Below the pieces are notes generated by a model, which did no database searches, had not been told where the DNA came from, and saw only the letters and a program-made list of their open reading frames with translations. A program made the position numbers and the translations under genes. Source: Cetorhinus maximus (Eukaryota). From it: a stretch of DNA of 64,000 bases. Of this stretch, positions 1-13,194 are shown in pieces; the stretch's first letter is position 1; the number at the start of each line of letters is the position of its first letter. The stretch is from the NCBI RefSeq assembly GCF_964194155.1, contig NC_135907.1:15934001-15998000 (forward strand). The letters run 5' to 3'.

Positions 1-74
1 TCAGCAGCTTTGCATACTTGTCTATTGTTCAAGTGTTTGGGTTTAATGGTGAATCTCACCAGGTGGAGCCATAA

Positions 75-575
75 GAACAGAAGAAAGACAAGCTGGAGTA
101 GACCATTTGGTCCTTCAAGGATACTCCATCATTCATGGCTGATCTTCTACCTTAACTCCACTTCCCACACTTCCCACTTTCCAAATGTCTTAATAACCAA
201 AATGTCCTGTACCCTTAGTACCCCAAAGAAAGCTATCGACCTGTGGCTTGAATATACTCAATGACAGAGAATCCACAACCCTCTGGGGTAGAGAATTTCA
301 AAGATTCGCAACCCTTTGGAGTGAAGAAATTTCTCCTCGCCTCAGTCCTAAATGGCCGCCCCCTTTTTCTTCTCAGGCTGGAACCCCAGGTTCTAGATTC
401 CCCAGCCTGGGAAAACCTTTCCTCAGCATCTACCCTGTCAAGCTCCTTAAGAATTTCAAATGGTTCAATTCAATCATCTCTTGTTTTTTTCTAAACTCCA
501 AGTAATATAGGCCTGGCCTACTCAATCTCCCCTCATGCCACAAAGTAGCCTAGTGAACCTTTGTTGCACTGCCAC
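75..575 (-). mobile_element. CR1 LINE 3' fragment
   Basis: Same 3' end and ORF2 tail as the other CR1 copies. Confidence 0.75.
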
Positions 576-593
576 TGGGTAAGGAGATTCTGT

Positions 594-652
594 GTGAATA
601 TTACATCCACAAGGCATTCAATAGTGAATATTACATCCACAAGGCATTCAAT
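594..652. repeat. Perfect 30-bp-period tandem duplication
   Basis: GTGAATATTACATCCACAAGGCATTCAAT occurs at 594 and 624. Confidence 0.95.
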
Positions 653-1629
653 CCGATGCTATGGCTGGTTACTAATCCTTAAGGGCTGCACTGACGGTTT
701 AGTAAGTAACCACCCCACCTTCTGTACCAAACCAAGATGGTTGCAATTTTAACCTCTGGTCTCTGTTGAATCAGTCGGACTCCATTGAAGGGGCAGCTAC
801 CTCACAACTGGAAAGGACAATTTGACTTAGGGAGGATGTGGACATTCTCTAGTGCAATGCCCTACATAGTTGAATAGTCCGACACTATCATGTACTGAAC
901 AGAATCTGAACCTTCTGGAAAGGAGGTGAGAGGGGAGGAAGTGGCAATTCAAAGGGACCATTAATCCCACAGACTTCGTTTCTTGCACTAAATCGTTTCA
1001 GACAAAATGTTGCATGTACATTCCCTGCTTACTAAACCGCCATACATCATAAATTGTGGCTTTCAAGCAAAGTTTGTATAAGTATATCATAATTTTTATA
1101 TTTTTATTCCCCACTCTTTCCCACTAAATCCCACATAGCTTACTTGTCTTCTGTACTCTACCAGGAACTAGCCGAGAGGATGTCTGTGTCAATGTGGTTC
1201 CCTATAGAAGTTCATATGCAGGATATTAACTATTTATAATCACTAAATATTTACTTGACCATAATTTGTATATTTATCCTTTGGCACAGCTCAGTCAATC
1301 TCTCTCCATGGGAACACAGAAGCTTTCTCCAACAAGTCCTCTTCTGTTCATGGCTGGAATATAATCTCTACAAGCAGAGATTCCATCATGAACCAACACT
1401 TGCATCAACACTTCTCCCCCCTCTTATAATTACCGTGTCCAGTTTTGACATATTTTTGTTCCATATCTCTTACTGCAAAATACAGGGGATGCCCACAAAG
1501 TATATCATTCCCATTTTATGTCCAACAACAGAAAGGAACACACCACCAGATCAGTGCTCACAGGCTAAGATTAGGTGGTTAAATTTATTGACCGATGTAA
1601 TATTATAGAGAAGCAAAAATATATTTTTG

Positions 1630-2025
1630 TTATTCTTTCATGGATGTGGGCATCGGTGGCAAGGCCAGCCTTTGTTGCCCATTCCTAAATGCTCTTGAAC
1701 TGAGTGGTTTGCTAGGCCATTTCAGAGGGCAGTTAAGAGTCAACCGCATTGCTGTGGCTCCGGAGTCACATATAGACCAGACCAGGTAAGGGTGGCAGAT
1801 TTCCTTCCCTTGGATATGGGTGAACAAGAAAGGTTTTTAATGATAATCAATGATAATTCCGTGGTCACCGTTACTGAGACGAGCTTTTAATTCCATATTA
1901 TTTCATTAATTGAATTTAAAATTTCACCAGCTGCCGTGGTTGGATTTAAACCCGTGTCCCCAGGGCATTCGTCTGGGCCTCAGGATTGCTAGGCGAGTGA
2001 CATCACCACTGCACCACCATCATCC
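1630..2025 (-). mobile_element. tRNA-derived SINE family A (other copies about 2305-2670 +, 20865-21225 -, 25905-26255 -, 31181-31508 +, 44365-44715 -, 62870-63160 -)
   Basis: A/B-box-like head (GTAGTGG...GGTTCAAATCCC), shared core (TCCTTTAGGGAAGGAAATCTGCC...GACTCCAGA) and LINE-like 3' tail, repeated many times in the window. Confidence 0.85.
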
Positions 2026-2706
2026 ATGGACCAAGGGATGCTTAAAGAGAACAAACAGCAACCTTACACAGCATGTGGACAAGCCTGTTTCTTTAGAAAA
2101 AAAGATGAAAGAAAGTCTAAGATATTTGCTGTTGCAGTCACTAAGTTCTTGGCAAGCAACTTTGCACGGTAACTATGGGAGAAGATTGTACCTTGTCTTC
2201 CCTATCATTCCATATGAAAGGCCAAGTGACTGAAAAGGTTTAGAGGCCCCAGTTAATCCTGTAGGTTTATGAGGTTCTCCCACATTTTTCTTTACTCATC
2301 TACAAGGAAGGTGATGGAGTAGTGGTAATGTTTTTGGGCTAGTGATCCAGTGACCCCCCCCCCCACCCCCCCCAAGTCTAATGCTCTGGCAATGTGGGTT
2401 CAAATCCCACCATGGCTGGTGGAAGTTAAATTCAGTTAATAAATGTGAGCGAGAGCTAAGAATATTGCAGCAATCCCACATCCACTCCATCAATCATCGT
2501 AATGTCCTTTAGGGAAGGGAGTCTTCTGGCCTACATGTGACTCCAGACGCACAGCAATGTGGTTGGCTCTGAAATGACATATCAAGCCACTCAGTTCAAG
2601 GGCAATTAGGGATGGGCAACAAGTGCCGGCCTTGCCAGCGATGCCCACATCCCATGAAAGGTAAAAAAACAACGGATTTATGGAGGAGTTAATTTATACT
2701 TTGATG

Positions 2707-2864
2707 AAAGCAAAATATCGCGGATGCTGGAAATCTGAAATAAAAACAAAAAGTGCCGGAAAAACTCAGCAGCTCTGGCATCATCTGTGGAGAGAGAAAC
2801 AGAGTTAAAGTTTCGAGTCCGTATGACTCTGAAGAAGAGTCACACGGACTCGAAACGTTAACTC
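2707..2864. mobile_element. Penelope-like terminal-repeat remnant, fold-back, with hammerhead motif
   Basis: Recurrent repeat (GCTGGAAATCTGAAATAAAAAC...CATCTGTGGAGAGAGAAACAGAGTTAA) joined to CTGAAGA-A-GAGTC-acacg-GACTC-GAAACGTTAACTC. Confidence 0.7.
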
Positions 2865-3980
2865 AAGCTTATATTTTGCTGTTGTTTTATGAATGAATGA
2901 ATGAATGAAGTTACATTCAGTTCACAAGGGGTTAACTCCAAAAATCAAGTTATGAGATGAAGTCGTTGACAAAATCACATATTCTTAAAATATTAGAACA
3001 GTTTGTGATAAGAGTAATGAATATATCTAATTTTAAAAAAAGACATTGCTTTTTTAAATTGGTTATTTTACTTACCAATACTCTGCCTGATGGCGTTGAG
3101 TAGCAGAGGAATATTCCAATGCCTCACTCAAGTGATTAAAGATTCATATATAAGTTGGCATGTTCAACCGTGTGGGGCTTCATCGGGAAAACTGATCCAG
3201 CCTTTATGTCAATCGGGACCAGGAATCCCGGCTGATACTTTCCTTTTTCTTTAGTATTCCTCCCCCTCTGCCTAATGCGGGAGAGCTGGGAATATTGCGG
3301 CAATCCTACATCCACTTCAGCTGAGGCCGGTTTACATAGCACAGACCCGGGTCTGCAACTCTTGGTTCAGCATTGCTTTTGGCCAACTAGCATTTTCCAG
3401 AACAGGGCTCCTTGAATTTATTTTTAAAGTCTCATTTCCTGTTTAATTTGCTGTTTATATATATTTATATATATTTAAAATATAGCTCACTCACCTCCTT
3501 CCAACTGAAAGTAATAGAACCAATCCCTTGAGTGAACTTTACCACGACACGTGTGCAGAGAGAGTTTCCATTTAGAAAACCTTGAATTTCATTCAGAGAG
3601 TTACCGTATATACTCAGGTATAAGCCTACAGAGTATATAAGTTGCCCTAATGGAAAAATCAAAGTCACCAGGGTTAGTTTAGAATCATGAATTAAAATAT
3701 ATCAATATCCTTTTTTTTCAATTAAAATGCTACCTTTCTCCAGTAGATTATACTCCCACGATTTTAGGATTGATTTTATGGTGTCAATCTCCTACCACTG
3801 CTGTATTAACACCATCATCTCCAAGTTCCACTCCAAATCACTTGTGTCCTTATATAAAAGGGTGCTGAGAATGTGGAACTTAATGCCCCGCGGAATAGTT
3901 ACGGCGGATAGCATAGATGCATTTAAGGGGAAGCTAGATAAACACATGAGGAGGTGAGGGATAGAAGATTATGCAGATGG

Positions 3981-5000
3981 GTTCCACAATGTGATAGGCA
4001 CGCAGAGGTGAATTAGTCTTGTCGGCGATGGTATAGAAGTTCAGAAGTTCCAGTAGAAACAGTGTGGATGGGGGCCTGGCCTTCAAACGTGGACAGAGCC
4101 CCTTTTCTGTGCGGCTGCTTGGTAGATAGAATATGGCAGACCGAGCAGCAGCACAGATAAGCTTTGAACGCCTGGCCCCCATCTACACTGTTTCTGCTGG
4201 AACTTCTAAACTTCTATACCATTGCCGACAAGACTAATGCATCTCTGCGTGTCGATCACATCGTGGAAGTCAACTCTACTGGAAAAGTGAATTATCCAGC
4301 ATCAGTTCAGCCTGCCGACCTCTGTGAAGGAATTCACCATTGGACTCCTGATTCTGGACTCTGGGCTCATGCGAAACAATAATTCTTTGCTCCGTGTTCT
4401 TTACCCTGTAAATTCTTCTTTCCCTACCCCTCGTTTATTGTGTGAATGCATAGGGGGCTGCATAGCGACACCGCCTCCCGCCTTTTGAGTGTGCGCGAGT
4501 AAACTAACCCACTGAGTTTGCTGTGGGGTTATTAATAGAAATTGGATCACACCAAAACTGAGAGGTTGGGAAAATACGCCACTGTTTATAAAGGGGGAAA
4601 TCGGAATCAAAAACACCTTTCTGTTAACAGACGGGTGGTGAGAGAAGAAATCAGGGCTGTTTAAACTCAACCCCCTCCTGTCCATGACAATAATATAAAT
4701 TATACTTAACTGAATGCAGTTTGTGTTGGGTTGTTTTGATTGTGAATGAAACTGTTGTAATGATATCATGAGCAATGATAATGATATCATTATCTTCCTT
4801 GTTTTTGACACATTACCTCAACATCCTTTAGGCATGTGACAAATGACATCTCAAGTGTTAACTGTATTCCAGTTGGTAGTCAATTTGACTTTGATCCTTA
4901 AGTCCGATTTACATTAAAACACCTTCCTGTTTACGGACGGGTGGTAAGAGGAGAAATCGGGGTTTGTCTAAATTAAACCACCTCCTGTCTAAAAACAACA
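3981..5000 (+). mobile_element. Rearranged LTR-like repeat (fold-back plus duplicated 3' end)
   Basis: Homologous to 23100-23700 in opposite orientation; ends ...CCTGTCCATGACA at 4688; terminal segment repeated at about 4915-4997. Confidence 0.65.
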
Positions 5001-5913
5001 CCCAATGACGTAAGGGATGTGGAGAAAAAGGCATTGAGGTGGATGATCAGCCATGAGCGTATTGAATGGTGGAGTAGGCTTGATGGGCTGAATGGCCTAC
5101 TCCTGCTCCTATGAAGAGGAGGTTCATGAGGAGCATTAACACCAGCATGGACTTGTTGGGCTGAATGACCTGTAAATTCTGTATCTGTAAACTGACGTTC
5201 AACATCACGGGGGTAAAATCCCTTCCTAACACCATTAAGGGAGTATCGTCAGCACATGGAATGCAGCGGTTCAAAGACAACACCCACTACTGCCTTCTCA
5301 GGGCAACTAAGGGCAGGCAATAAATGCCGGCCTTGCCAGTGATGCCCACAACCCATAACCCACAACAAATGTATAAAAATATCATGAACAGGTAGAATCA
5401 GAGAATGAGTACTGTGCCAAAGGAGGACATTCAGCCCGTCCAGCTCTCTGGAAGAGCAGTTTAGCTAGTCTCATTCTCCTTACCCGTAGCCCGGCAAATG
5501 TTTTCTCTCCAGATAATTATCCGATTCCCTTTTGAGAGCCACAACTGAATCTGCCTCCACTACGCCCTCAGGTACTCCCTGTGTAGGTGGTTTACAAGCC
5601 TGAAGTTCGAGAGGCACTGGAAGTGGGTGGTCTTTGGGAATATTGTGTTACATAGCGTTACTTGACATGTACAATCATGTAGTGGATGATAGGGAATAGA
5701 GTGTGGTTCACATTCATGAGAGAATGAAGCAGAAATTGGGGGCTTAAATTAAGGGTGCGGGGGGTAGGGGGGTGATTAAATAAACCTCTTGAGTGATTTA
5801 ATAAAAAGGAATTAGTGATATGATCAGACTGAAGACAGCTGCCAGTATGAAAACTAAAACTGCGCTGAAGAAGTGGGGAACCATTGCTGCAGAATAGGCA
5901 CTGAGCACTTCTG

Positions 5914-6508
5914 GGGTAGAATTTTTCGCTTGGCGTGTGGGTGCCTGCCTGCCCGACCCACTCGAGCATGAAATAGTGGGTCGACGGGGGTTTGGGCAAG
6001 CATCCTGACGTCATCAAACACCAGCGCGATATTTTGGTCGGCGGGCGCGTGCGTGAGTCAGCATCCTGCCCCTCCGACAATTAAGAGGCCTGTTAAGACC
6101 ATTAACGTAGTAATCAACGGTGAGTTTTCGTTTCCCATCCAACATTACAGTTGGCGGGCGGGCAAATCGGCCAAGCGGCCTTCGCCGTTTAGAGGAAACC
6201 TCATCCAAGGGGCAGTAAGAGGTTTCCAATATTAATTGAAAAACAGATTAAAATGTTTGGACAAAAATGACATCAGCCGCATGTTCAGGTGACTGATCCT
6301 GATGCGTGGACATTGTCTTCGGCATCTGAAAATCTTTATTTGTGGCTTTTGGATTCTTCAGCTCCCTGAGGCAGCTCTCTGCCTTCGGGGAGCTTTCTGT
6401 CAGCGTGAAGTCGTGGTCAGGGGCCGATCACGGATGGCGGCCAGTCTCCCGGTCACTCCTGGGCCCGCCCACCGACGGCGTCCGCAGGCCAAACTCAAAA
6501 TCCTGCCT
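5914..6508. mobile_element. PIF/Harbinger-type MITE
   Basis: TIRs GGGTAGAATTTT / AAAATCCTGCCT; internal similarity to 17340-17977. Confidence 0.7.
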
Positions 6509-7957
6509 GTGATCTTTTAACACTTGCCACATTCAGAGGTGCCACCCTTAGTCCAGGCAGGTCTGTCAGTGAATGGTATTTGATGCTTAGGGGAGGGAGG
6601 AATCTAAGAGGTAGCTAATTTGCCACAAGGGAGGGGCATCACTCTGCAAGTGTGGGCCAAGGAGCCAGGGTTCCATGAAGCAACTCACCAAGGCTCCTTC
6701 GACAGCACTTTCCAAACCCACGGCCTCTACCGCCTAGAAGGACAAGGGCAGCAGACGCATGGTAACACCACCACCTGCAAGTTCCCTTCCAAGCCACTCA
6801 CCATCCTGACTTGGAAATATATCGCTGTTCCTTCACTGTCGCTGGGTCAAAATCCTGGAACTCCTTCCCTACCAGCACCGTGGGTGTACCTACACCACAT
6901 GGACTGCAGTGGTTCAAGAAGGCAGCTCACCACCACCTTCTCAAGGAACAATTAGGGTTGGGCAGTAAATACTGGCCTAGCCAGCGACACTCACATCCTT
7001 TGAAAGAATTTTTAAAAAACTACCGCGGCTGATAGGGAGATTGAACCCGCACTGTTGGCATCATTCTGCATCACACTCTAGCCACCTGAGCTAACTGACA
7101 CCCAATATCTAAAGGGGACAGAAGTATAAATTAATAATGCAGGGAGTCAATATTTTGAGTGGTCTGTTTGCTTCCTGTAGTTGAGCAGCCAACTCCAAAT
7201 TACCATCATTCCTCCAATGTCAGCGTGTGGTTCGTTAGGTAACACTTGCCTTTGAGTCCAAAGGTTCTGGGTCCCAAGTCCCACTTCAGGACTTAAGTAC
7301 AAAAATCAAAGCTGACGCTCCCAGTGCGGTGGTGAGGGAGTGCTGCACTGTCGGCTGTGTCGTCTTTTGCATGAGATGTTAAACTGGAGCGCCATCTGCT
7401 TGCTCGGGTGGATGCGGAAGATCCCGCGCGCGGTATGATTTCTTGTGGGTCCCAGAAGTCCGAAATAATCACGCTCTTAGAGACAGAGGCAGAAGCTTTT
7501 CACCAAGTCTGTTTTTGCAGATCTCTCCGTGTGCTAGGGCCTGACACACTGTTGCTGAATACCTGACAGCGGTGTAACAACGAATGTGACACTCTGGGTA
7601 CACATTCTCATAACAATCAGTCCCTAACTCCTTACAAATAGTATAACAGTAAAACCTTCCACTTCCTTTTTTTTAACAAAAAGCCTCTCAATCAATATAA
7701 CTGTTCCAACCATGTACATTTTTTAATATTATATCTAAATTAATAAAGATTGACAATCGACTTTTATAATTAAAGTGGACGCTTAAGACCCTTTTATTGT
7801 TTGCTTTCTTTTCTTAAAAACATAATTCACGATATCATTTAGATAGCACCTCCTTCTCGTGGATTTGACGTTCATCGCTCTCGGTGGTGAGTTGGCACAC
7901 GGCACTGGCGATGTTGCTCCTGGTGTTGTAAGAATTGTGCCTGATGTTGCTAACGTT

Positions 7958-8606
7958 GGGTGGGATTTAATGCCCTCCCCCCAGCCCCTGGTGGTGAGTT
8001 TGGAGGTGGAGGGGCATATTTTTATTGGATGGGAGGGGGGAGTGGAGGGTCAGGGGTGAGGACGCTGGCACCTTCTCGCCTCTGCCCGATTAAGTCCAGG
8101 GCAGGGCTTAAGTGGGCAATTAATGTGGGTAGATGGGTCGTCACACCAGGAGACCCTGAAGCAAACCAAAGGGCCGGGGGGAGGCATTGGGTTCCTCGTT
8201 CAAAGGCTCAAAAGGTCCTCAGTGCCTGATCGAGGGACCCGGCATCAGGAAAGGGAGGCCGGTGGCCCTCGCCACCAGCCAGCGACCTCCCGTCCCCCAC
8301 ACCTCACGGTCACCCCCATCCCCACCCAACTCACCTGTGGCTTGGGCACCTCACCGACCCTAGGCCTCTGCTATGCGAATTGCTCCCAGCGGCGCTGCCT
8401 GTAATGGGGGAGCTGCCGGCCTCCGATTGGGAGGCAGTGGTCGGGGGTGGGATTTCTAATCCGAATCCCAGAGAAGGCCCCCACGCTGCCAGCTGGGCCA
8501 CTTCATTCCGGTGGGCCTTCCCCAACAGAGGCGACGTGGAGCTCCTGCCGGCATTCCAGCTGGCGGACGGACCCCCCCCCTCCATCGCCTGGATTAAATT
8601 CCGCCT
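7958..8606. mobile_element. PIF/Harbinger-type MITE inserted in the Gypsy element
   Basis: TIRs GGGTGGGATTTAA / TTAAATTCCGCCT with 3-bp TSD GTT; GC-rich interior. Confidence 0.75.
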
Positions 8607-9065
8607 GTTGTGTCACTTGCTAGTGACATTGTTGATGCAGCTCTGCTGGTTAGCGACGTTGCTGGTGCTTTTCATGATCTTTTCTGCTTTTCCAGCTCAG
8701 GTGTAGCCTTGGTGGAACATGGGCTCTGTCCCTCCTCATTTGCTTGCGAGTTTCAGCCTCAACAATATATGAACCTGGAGTCTCCACTTCACCCAACAAC
8801 ATTTGATGTATATTGGGCTCCAGGTTTTTGCGATTGAACCCTGTACGTGATCTCAACAGCTCAGGCACGGATTTGACATGCTTGTTGCAGTATTGACCTC
8901 CTTCTACTTGTGCGTCAGCCAGTTGTTGTCTAACTTCCTCCTGGTCACTTGGAGGGAGTACCTTGCTTGGCAGAGCAGTCTTGTACTTTCTTCCATACAA
9001 TAGTTCCGGAGATGATTTCATGTTAGCCTTGAGAGGTGTACATCGGAGTGACAATAAGGCAAGGT

Positions 9066-9168
9066 TTGAAGAAGAGTCATATTCGACTCGGAACATTAAC
9101 TCTGTTTCTTTCTCCACAGACGCTGCCAGACCAGCTGAGTATTTCCAGCCATTTTCTGTTTTTATTTA
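9066..9168 (+). mobile_element. Penelope-like terminal-repeat fragment inserted in the Gypsy integrase
   Basis: TGAAGAAGAGTCATATTCGACTCGGAACATTAACTCTGTTTC...; same family as 2707-2864. Confidence 0.7.
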
Positions 9169-11170
9169 AGCCAAGGTTTGGGTCTTCCTTTGTCTCTCGG
9201 CATTTTGTGAGAGTTTTCTTGACCATCTGTATGTGTCTTACTATAAACCCATGTAAACCCATGTTCCCTAGGGTAAGATGGTGACAATAGTATGTTGAAC
9301 CCATACTATTCAGTGAATTCCTTAAACTCTTTGGAGGCGATTGGGTTCCATTACCTCGTATTATTCTTTCAGGAATCCTTTGGTCTGTAAAGAGAACTCC
9401 TATTACTGAGATGATTATTGCAGCTCTCAAGTCTTTCACCTGTCTGGTTAAAAAGGAACTTTGAGGAGTAGTTTACAACAATGAGATACCATTCTTGATT
9501 GTGTTTGAATAAACTGGCTCCCACAGTTTGACGTGGTCTGGGTGGTAGTTCAGTAACTATCACCTCCTCTTTCTCCTGTATGTTTCTGTACTCCTGGCAA
9601 ATATGTTTCTACTGTAGTGACAAGTATCTGTAAGCTGCATTTCTTTTCCTGGCTGTGAAACCATAACTCTGAAACATCAAAAGTCACCTCTGCAGTCTTT
9701 GTTGGTGCTCTACACAGATTTTTCCTGTAGATCTGCTCCAGCGAGTGATGATCACTCTCACTATGATCTTTCTCTCCTTAGAGGTATGTATGGAACTTCT
9801 CACACCCATACACAGCCGCCAAAAGCTTTCTTTCTATGTTGGCATATCTGGTCTCAGCTGACGCTAGGACTTTGGATGTGAATGCTATCAGTTTTCCATC
9901 TTGCACCAGGGCCACTCACAGACCTTTTGAAGAAGCATCTACTTTGAGAGTGACAGTTTTTCTTTCTGTTGTAGAATTTCTCGTGTGACTCTGACCATTG
10001 GCACTCAGTAACCTCTCACCATCATGGGATTTACCCAGTCTGTAGGCTCTGTGACTCTGGTGATCACATTCTTTTCTTCCATCTCTTGGTGCGCTCTTTC
10101 AAGCTTTCCTTTTCGTTCCGTTGGTATTTTACGTGGGGGATGGATCGCCTGGGTTCATTGCTGGATCAATTGTGATGTGATACTCAATCTTCAAAGCATC
10201 CAACCATCTCATCAAACTCACTGATACATTTGTGCCAGATCTTCCTTGCTTTTGATCAGAGACCCCTTTTCAATGAGTGCTACCTTTAGTGTCGCCTCCT
10301 TCACCTCAGATAAGCTGCAGCTCTTTGCAACCGCTCCACCCCAGGAGAGCAGGACTATCTGTCTCAGTGATGCAGAACATACAGTTATAATTTTTTCCTT
10401 TGTGCCTACCCCTGATTTGGGTTGTTCCTAGCTGTCGCGTCTCAGTTTCCCTGTATGTCGTTAGCATGACATTTCTCGGTTGCAGATCTTCCTTCCTTGG
10501 GTGCACATTTTCTTTCAAATTTTCAGGAAATATCTGGTATAGTCCGAGCGGGATAATATTACTCTGCGCTCTGCCATCAAGCTCCAGCTTCAGAATTATG
10601 GTTGTGGACTTATCTGTCACCCTTTTCCTGATTTGAATGGATGCGCGAATTTCTTTTCTCTGAGAACTGTCGTATTCAGCCATTTCAGGCAGTTGTATCG
10701 TTCCTGTGCCTAATTGTGTTCTCAAACTCATCGTCGCCTTCCGGGGTATGGACGTTTTGGTTTCTTTTCCTTCTCATTCGCCCTGTTACCCTGTCCCTGA
10801 TGACTCGTTTACCATCTTCTATCTTTGTTCTGCACATCTTTTCCCAGTGATTGGGCTTCCCACTGGCCCTGCAGTTTGATCCGTGCGTGGGACATTTCCT
10901 GCCCTCTTGTGAACTCGTGCTCATTCGTAGCACCAGCGCATCTTTCTCTCTGTCTGGTGTACGTTCTTCTGTAGCTGCTTCACAGCATCGACCCCACTGC
11001 CTCTACTTTAACCTAACTGAAGGCTAGCCGTTTGGGTAGTCAGCGTCTTCATTTGTTGAGTCACGATTCCATGTGCTCTGGTAGTGTCCACAAGCTGCGA
11101 TATTGTGAGCTTATCTTTTCCAATCAGGCCTTTTTATTCATGCATGGCTGTGACAAATTCCACACATATT

Positions 11171-12320
11171 CAGTGATACAGGGCATTACTGAGTACTGCG
11201 TACAGCACTGGTCTTCTTATTTAAGGAAAGATGTAAATGCGTTGGAAGCAGTTCAGAGATGGTTTACTAGATTAATACCTGAATGGGTGGGTTGTCTTAT
11301 GAGGAAAGGCTGGATAGAGCAGGTCAGACGCTAGGAATACTGTGGCGAGTAACTCACCTCCTGACTCCCCAAAGCCTGTCCCCATCTACAAGGCACAATT
11401 CAGGAGTATGATGGAGTCCTCCCCGCTTGCCCAGGTGAGTGCAGCTCCAACAACACTCAAGAAGCACGGCACCATCCAAGCTTGATTGGCACCCCTTCCA
11501 CAAACATTCACTCCCTCCACCACCAACCGACGCACAGTAGCAGCAGTGTGTACCACCTACAAGATGCACTGCAGAAACTCACCCAGGCTCCTTAGGCAGC
11601 ACCTTCCAAACCCAGGACCACTACCATCTAGAAGGACAAGGGCAGCAGACACATGGGAACACCCACCACCTGGAAGTTCCCCTCCAAGACACTCGCCATC
11701 CTGACTTGGGAATATATCGCCGTTCCTTCACTGTCACTGGATCAAAATCCTGGAACTCCCTCCCTAACAGCACTGTGGATGTGCCCACAGCACACGGACT
11801 GCAGCAGTTCAAGAAGGCAGCCCACCACCACCTATTCAAAGGCAATTAAGGATGGGCAATAAATGCTGGCCCAGCCAGTGACGCCCACATTCTATAAATG
11901 AATACAAAAAGGGCTAGGCTTGTATCCGCTGGAATTTAGAAGAGTAAGAAGCAACTTGACTGAAACATAAGATTCCGAGTGGACTTGACAGGGTTGATGT
12001 GGAAAGGATGTTTCCTCTTGTGGGAGAATCTAGAACTAGGGGTCACTGTTTAAAAATAAGGGGCCCCCCATTTAGAACAGAGATGAGGAAAAATAATTTC
12101 TCTCAGAAAGCTGTGAGACTTTGGAATTCTGTTCCTCAAAAGGTCATTGAGGCAGAGTCCTTAAATATATTTTAGGCAGAGGTAGATGGATTCTTGATAA
12201 GCAAAGGTGTGAAAGGTTATTGGGGTAGGCAGGAACGTGCAGTTGAGGTTCAAGTTAGATCAGCCATAATCTTATTGAATGGCTCGAGGGGCCATTCCTG
12301 CTCCCAATTCGTATGTTCGT
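11171..12320 (+). mobile_element. CR1 LINE 3' fragment, split by another LINE
   Basis: EYCVQHWSSYLRKDVNALEAVQRWFTRLIP, then CR1 3'UTR. Confidence 0.85.
11335..11910 (+). mobile_element. 3' fragment of a CR1-group (L2/Daphne-like) LINE (other copies about 6675-7015, 21505-21840, 28725-29090 -, 60545-61095, 61640-62370 -)
   Basis: RT C-terminal remnant (LKKLDTIQDKAARLIG...YKMHC...SFTVAGSKSWNSLP) plus a tail shared with SINE family A. Confidence 0.75.
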
Positions 12321-13194
12321 ACATTTTCTCTCTGGGAGAAAATTCATCGTGGAAAGTATCATCATCCACTAGAGTAGATCTACAAGAAAAATCTGTGTAG
12401 AGCACCAAATGAGCTGATCTACCAGCCTTTCTTCCGTTTCCTTGAATTTCCGTTTCCCGGCTGCACTTTTCAATCTTGTTAAGAAATGTAAACAGGCTCA
12501 CCTGGATCCTGCCTCAGCCTTTGGAATTCATATTGGTGAATCTGAAGATTTGACTTTGGCTGGAGATATGTGTTGAATTTTTCAAAATTCTATGTCTTTG
12601 TCTGGTTTTTTATTGCTGTCCTCACTCGACTCGCAGCTAATAAACAAATGCAACCCTTTCCCTCGTGCTCACAAAAGGATGCAGCTGACCCTTTCCTCTT
12701 CACTAGTGCCTTTTAGAAAGCTACTGAATATCAATCTGCACTTTTGATTAAAAGTTTCAAATGCCTCTAAAGCAACATTATCCTCCCAATTCATCCTGAG
12801 CTCGAACTGTGCGTTCATTGCTGCGACAGTGGCCATCTCATTTTTGCATGATTCGCTCAGCTTTTTTTCCTCTCTCACTGGCACTAATTTGGGTTGCTTT
12901 TTCTCAATATAATTCAACATTGAACCCATTTAAAATATTTGCGTTTTACTCATAGACACCTGCTACCACCATGTTATGTTTTGTGGTTCCCAGAAGTGTG
13001 AAATAATCACAATTTTAGGACACAACTACAGAAGCTTTTCATCAAGTGTGTTGAACAGATCTCCACATGTGCTGCGGACTAATATATTGTTGCTCAGCAC
13101 CTGACTGCAATGCGACAATGAATGTGACGCTCTGGGTATACGTGCACATAACAATCAGTTCCTAACTCTTTATGTATATTATAACAGTACAACA

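Larger units (their letters stand above)
7431..13194 (-). mobile_element. Decayed Ty3/Gypsy LTR retrotransposon with both LTRs and nested insertions
   Basis: About 220-bp LTR pair (7431-7656 and 12972-13194), PBS TGGTGGTAGCA next to the 5' LTR, PPT next to the 3' LTR. Minus-strand remnants of gag (12669-12929), Zn knuckle (CPTHGSNCRASGKPNHWEKMCR), protease, RT start (ITRVTEPTDWVNP), RNase H (CEKFHTY) and integrase (ELPPRP..TVGASLF, LLYGRKYKTALP). RT core appears deleted. Confidence 0.9.

Noticed and set aside
594-652. CRISPR-like repeat
   Set aside because: Two adjacent copies with no spacer in a vertebrate genome; a simple tandem duplication.
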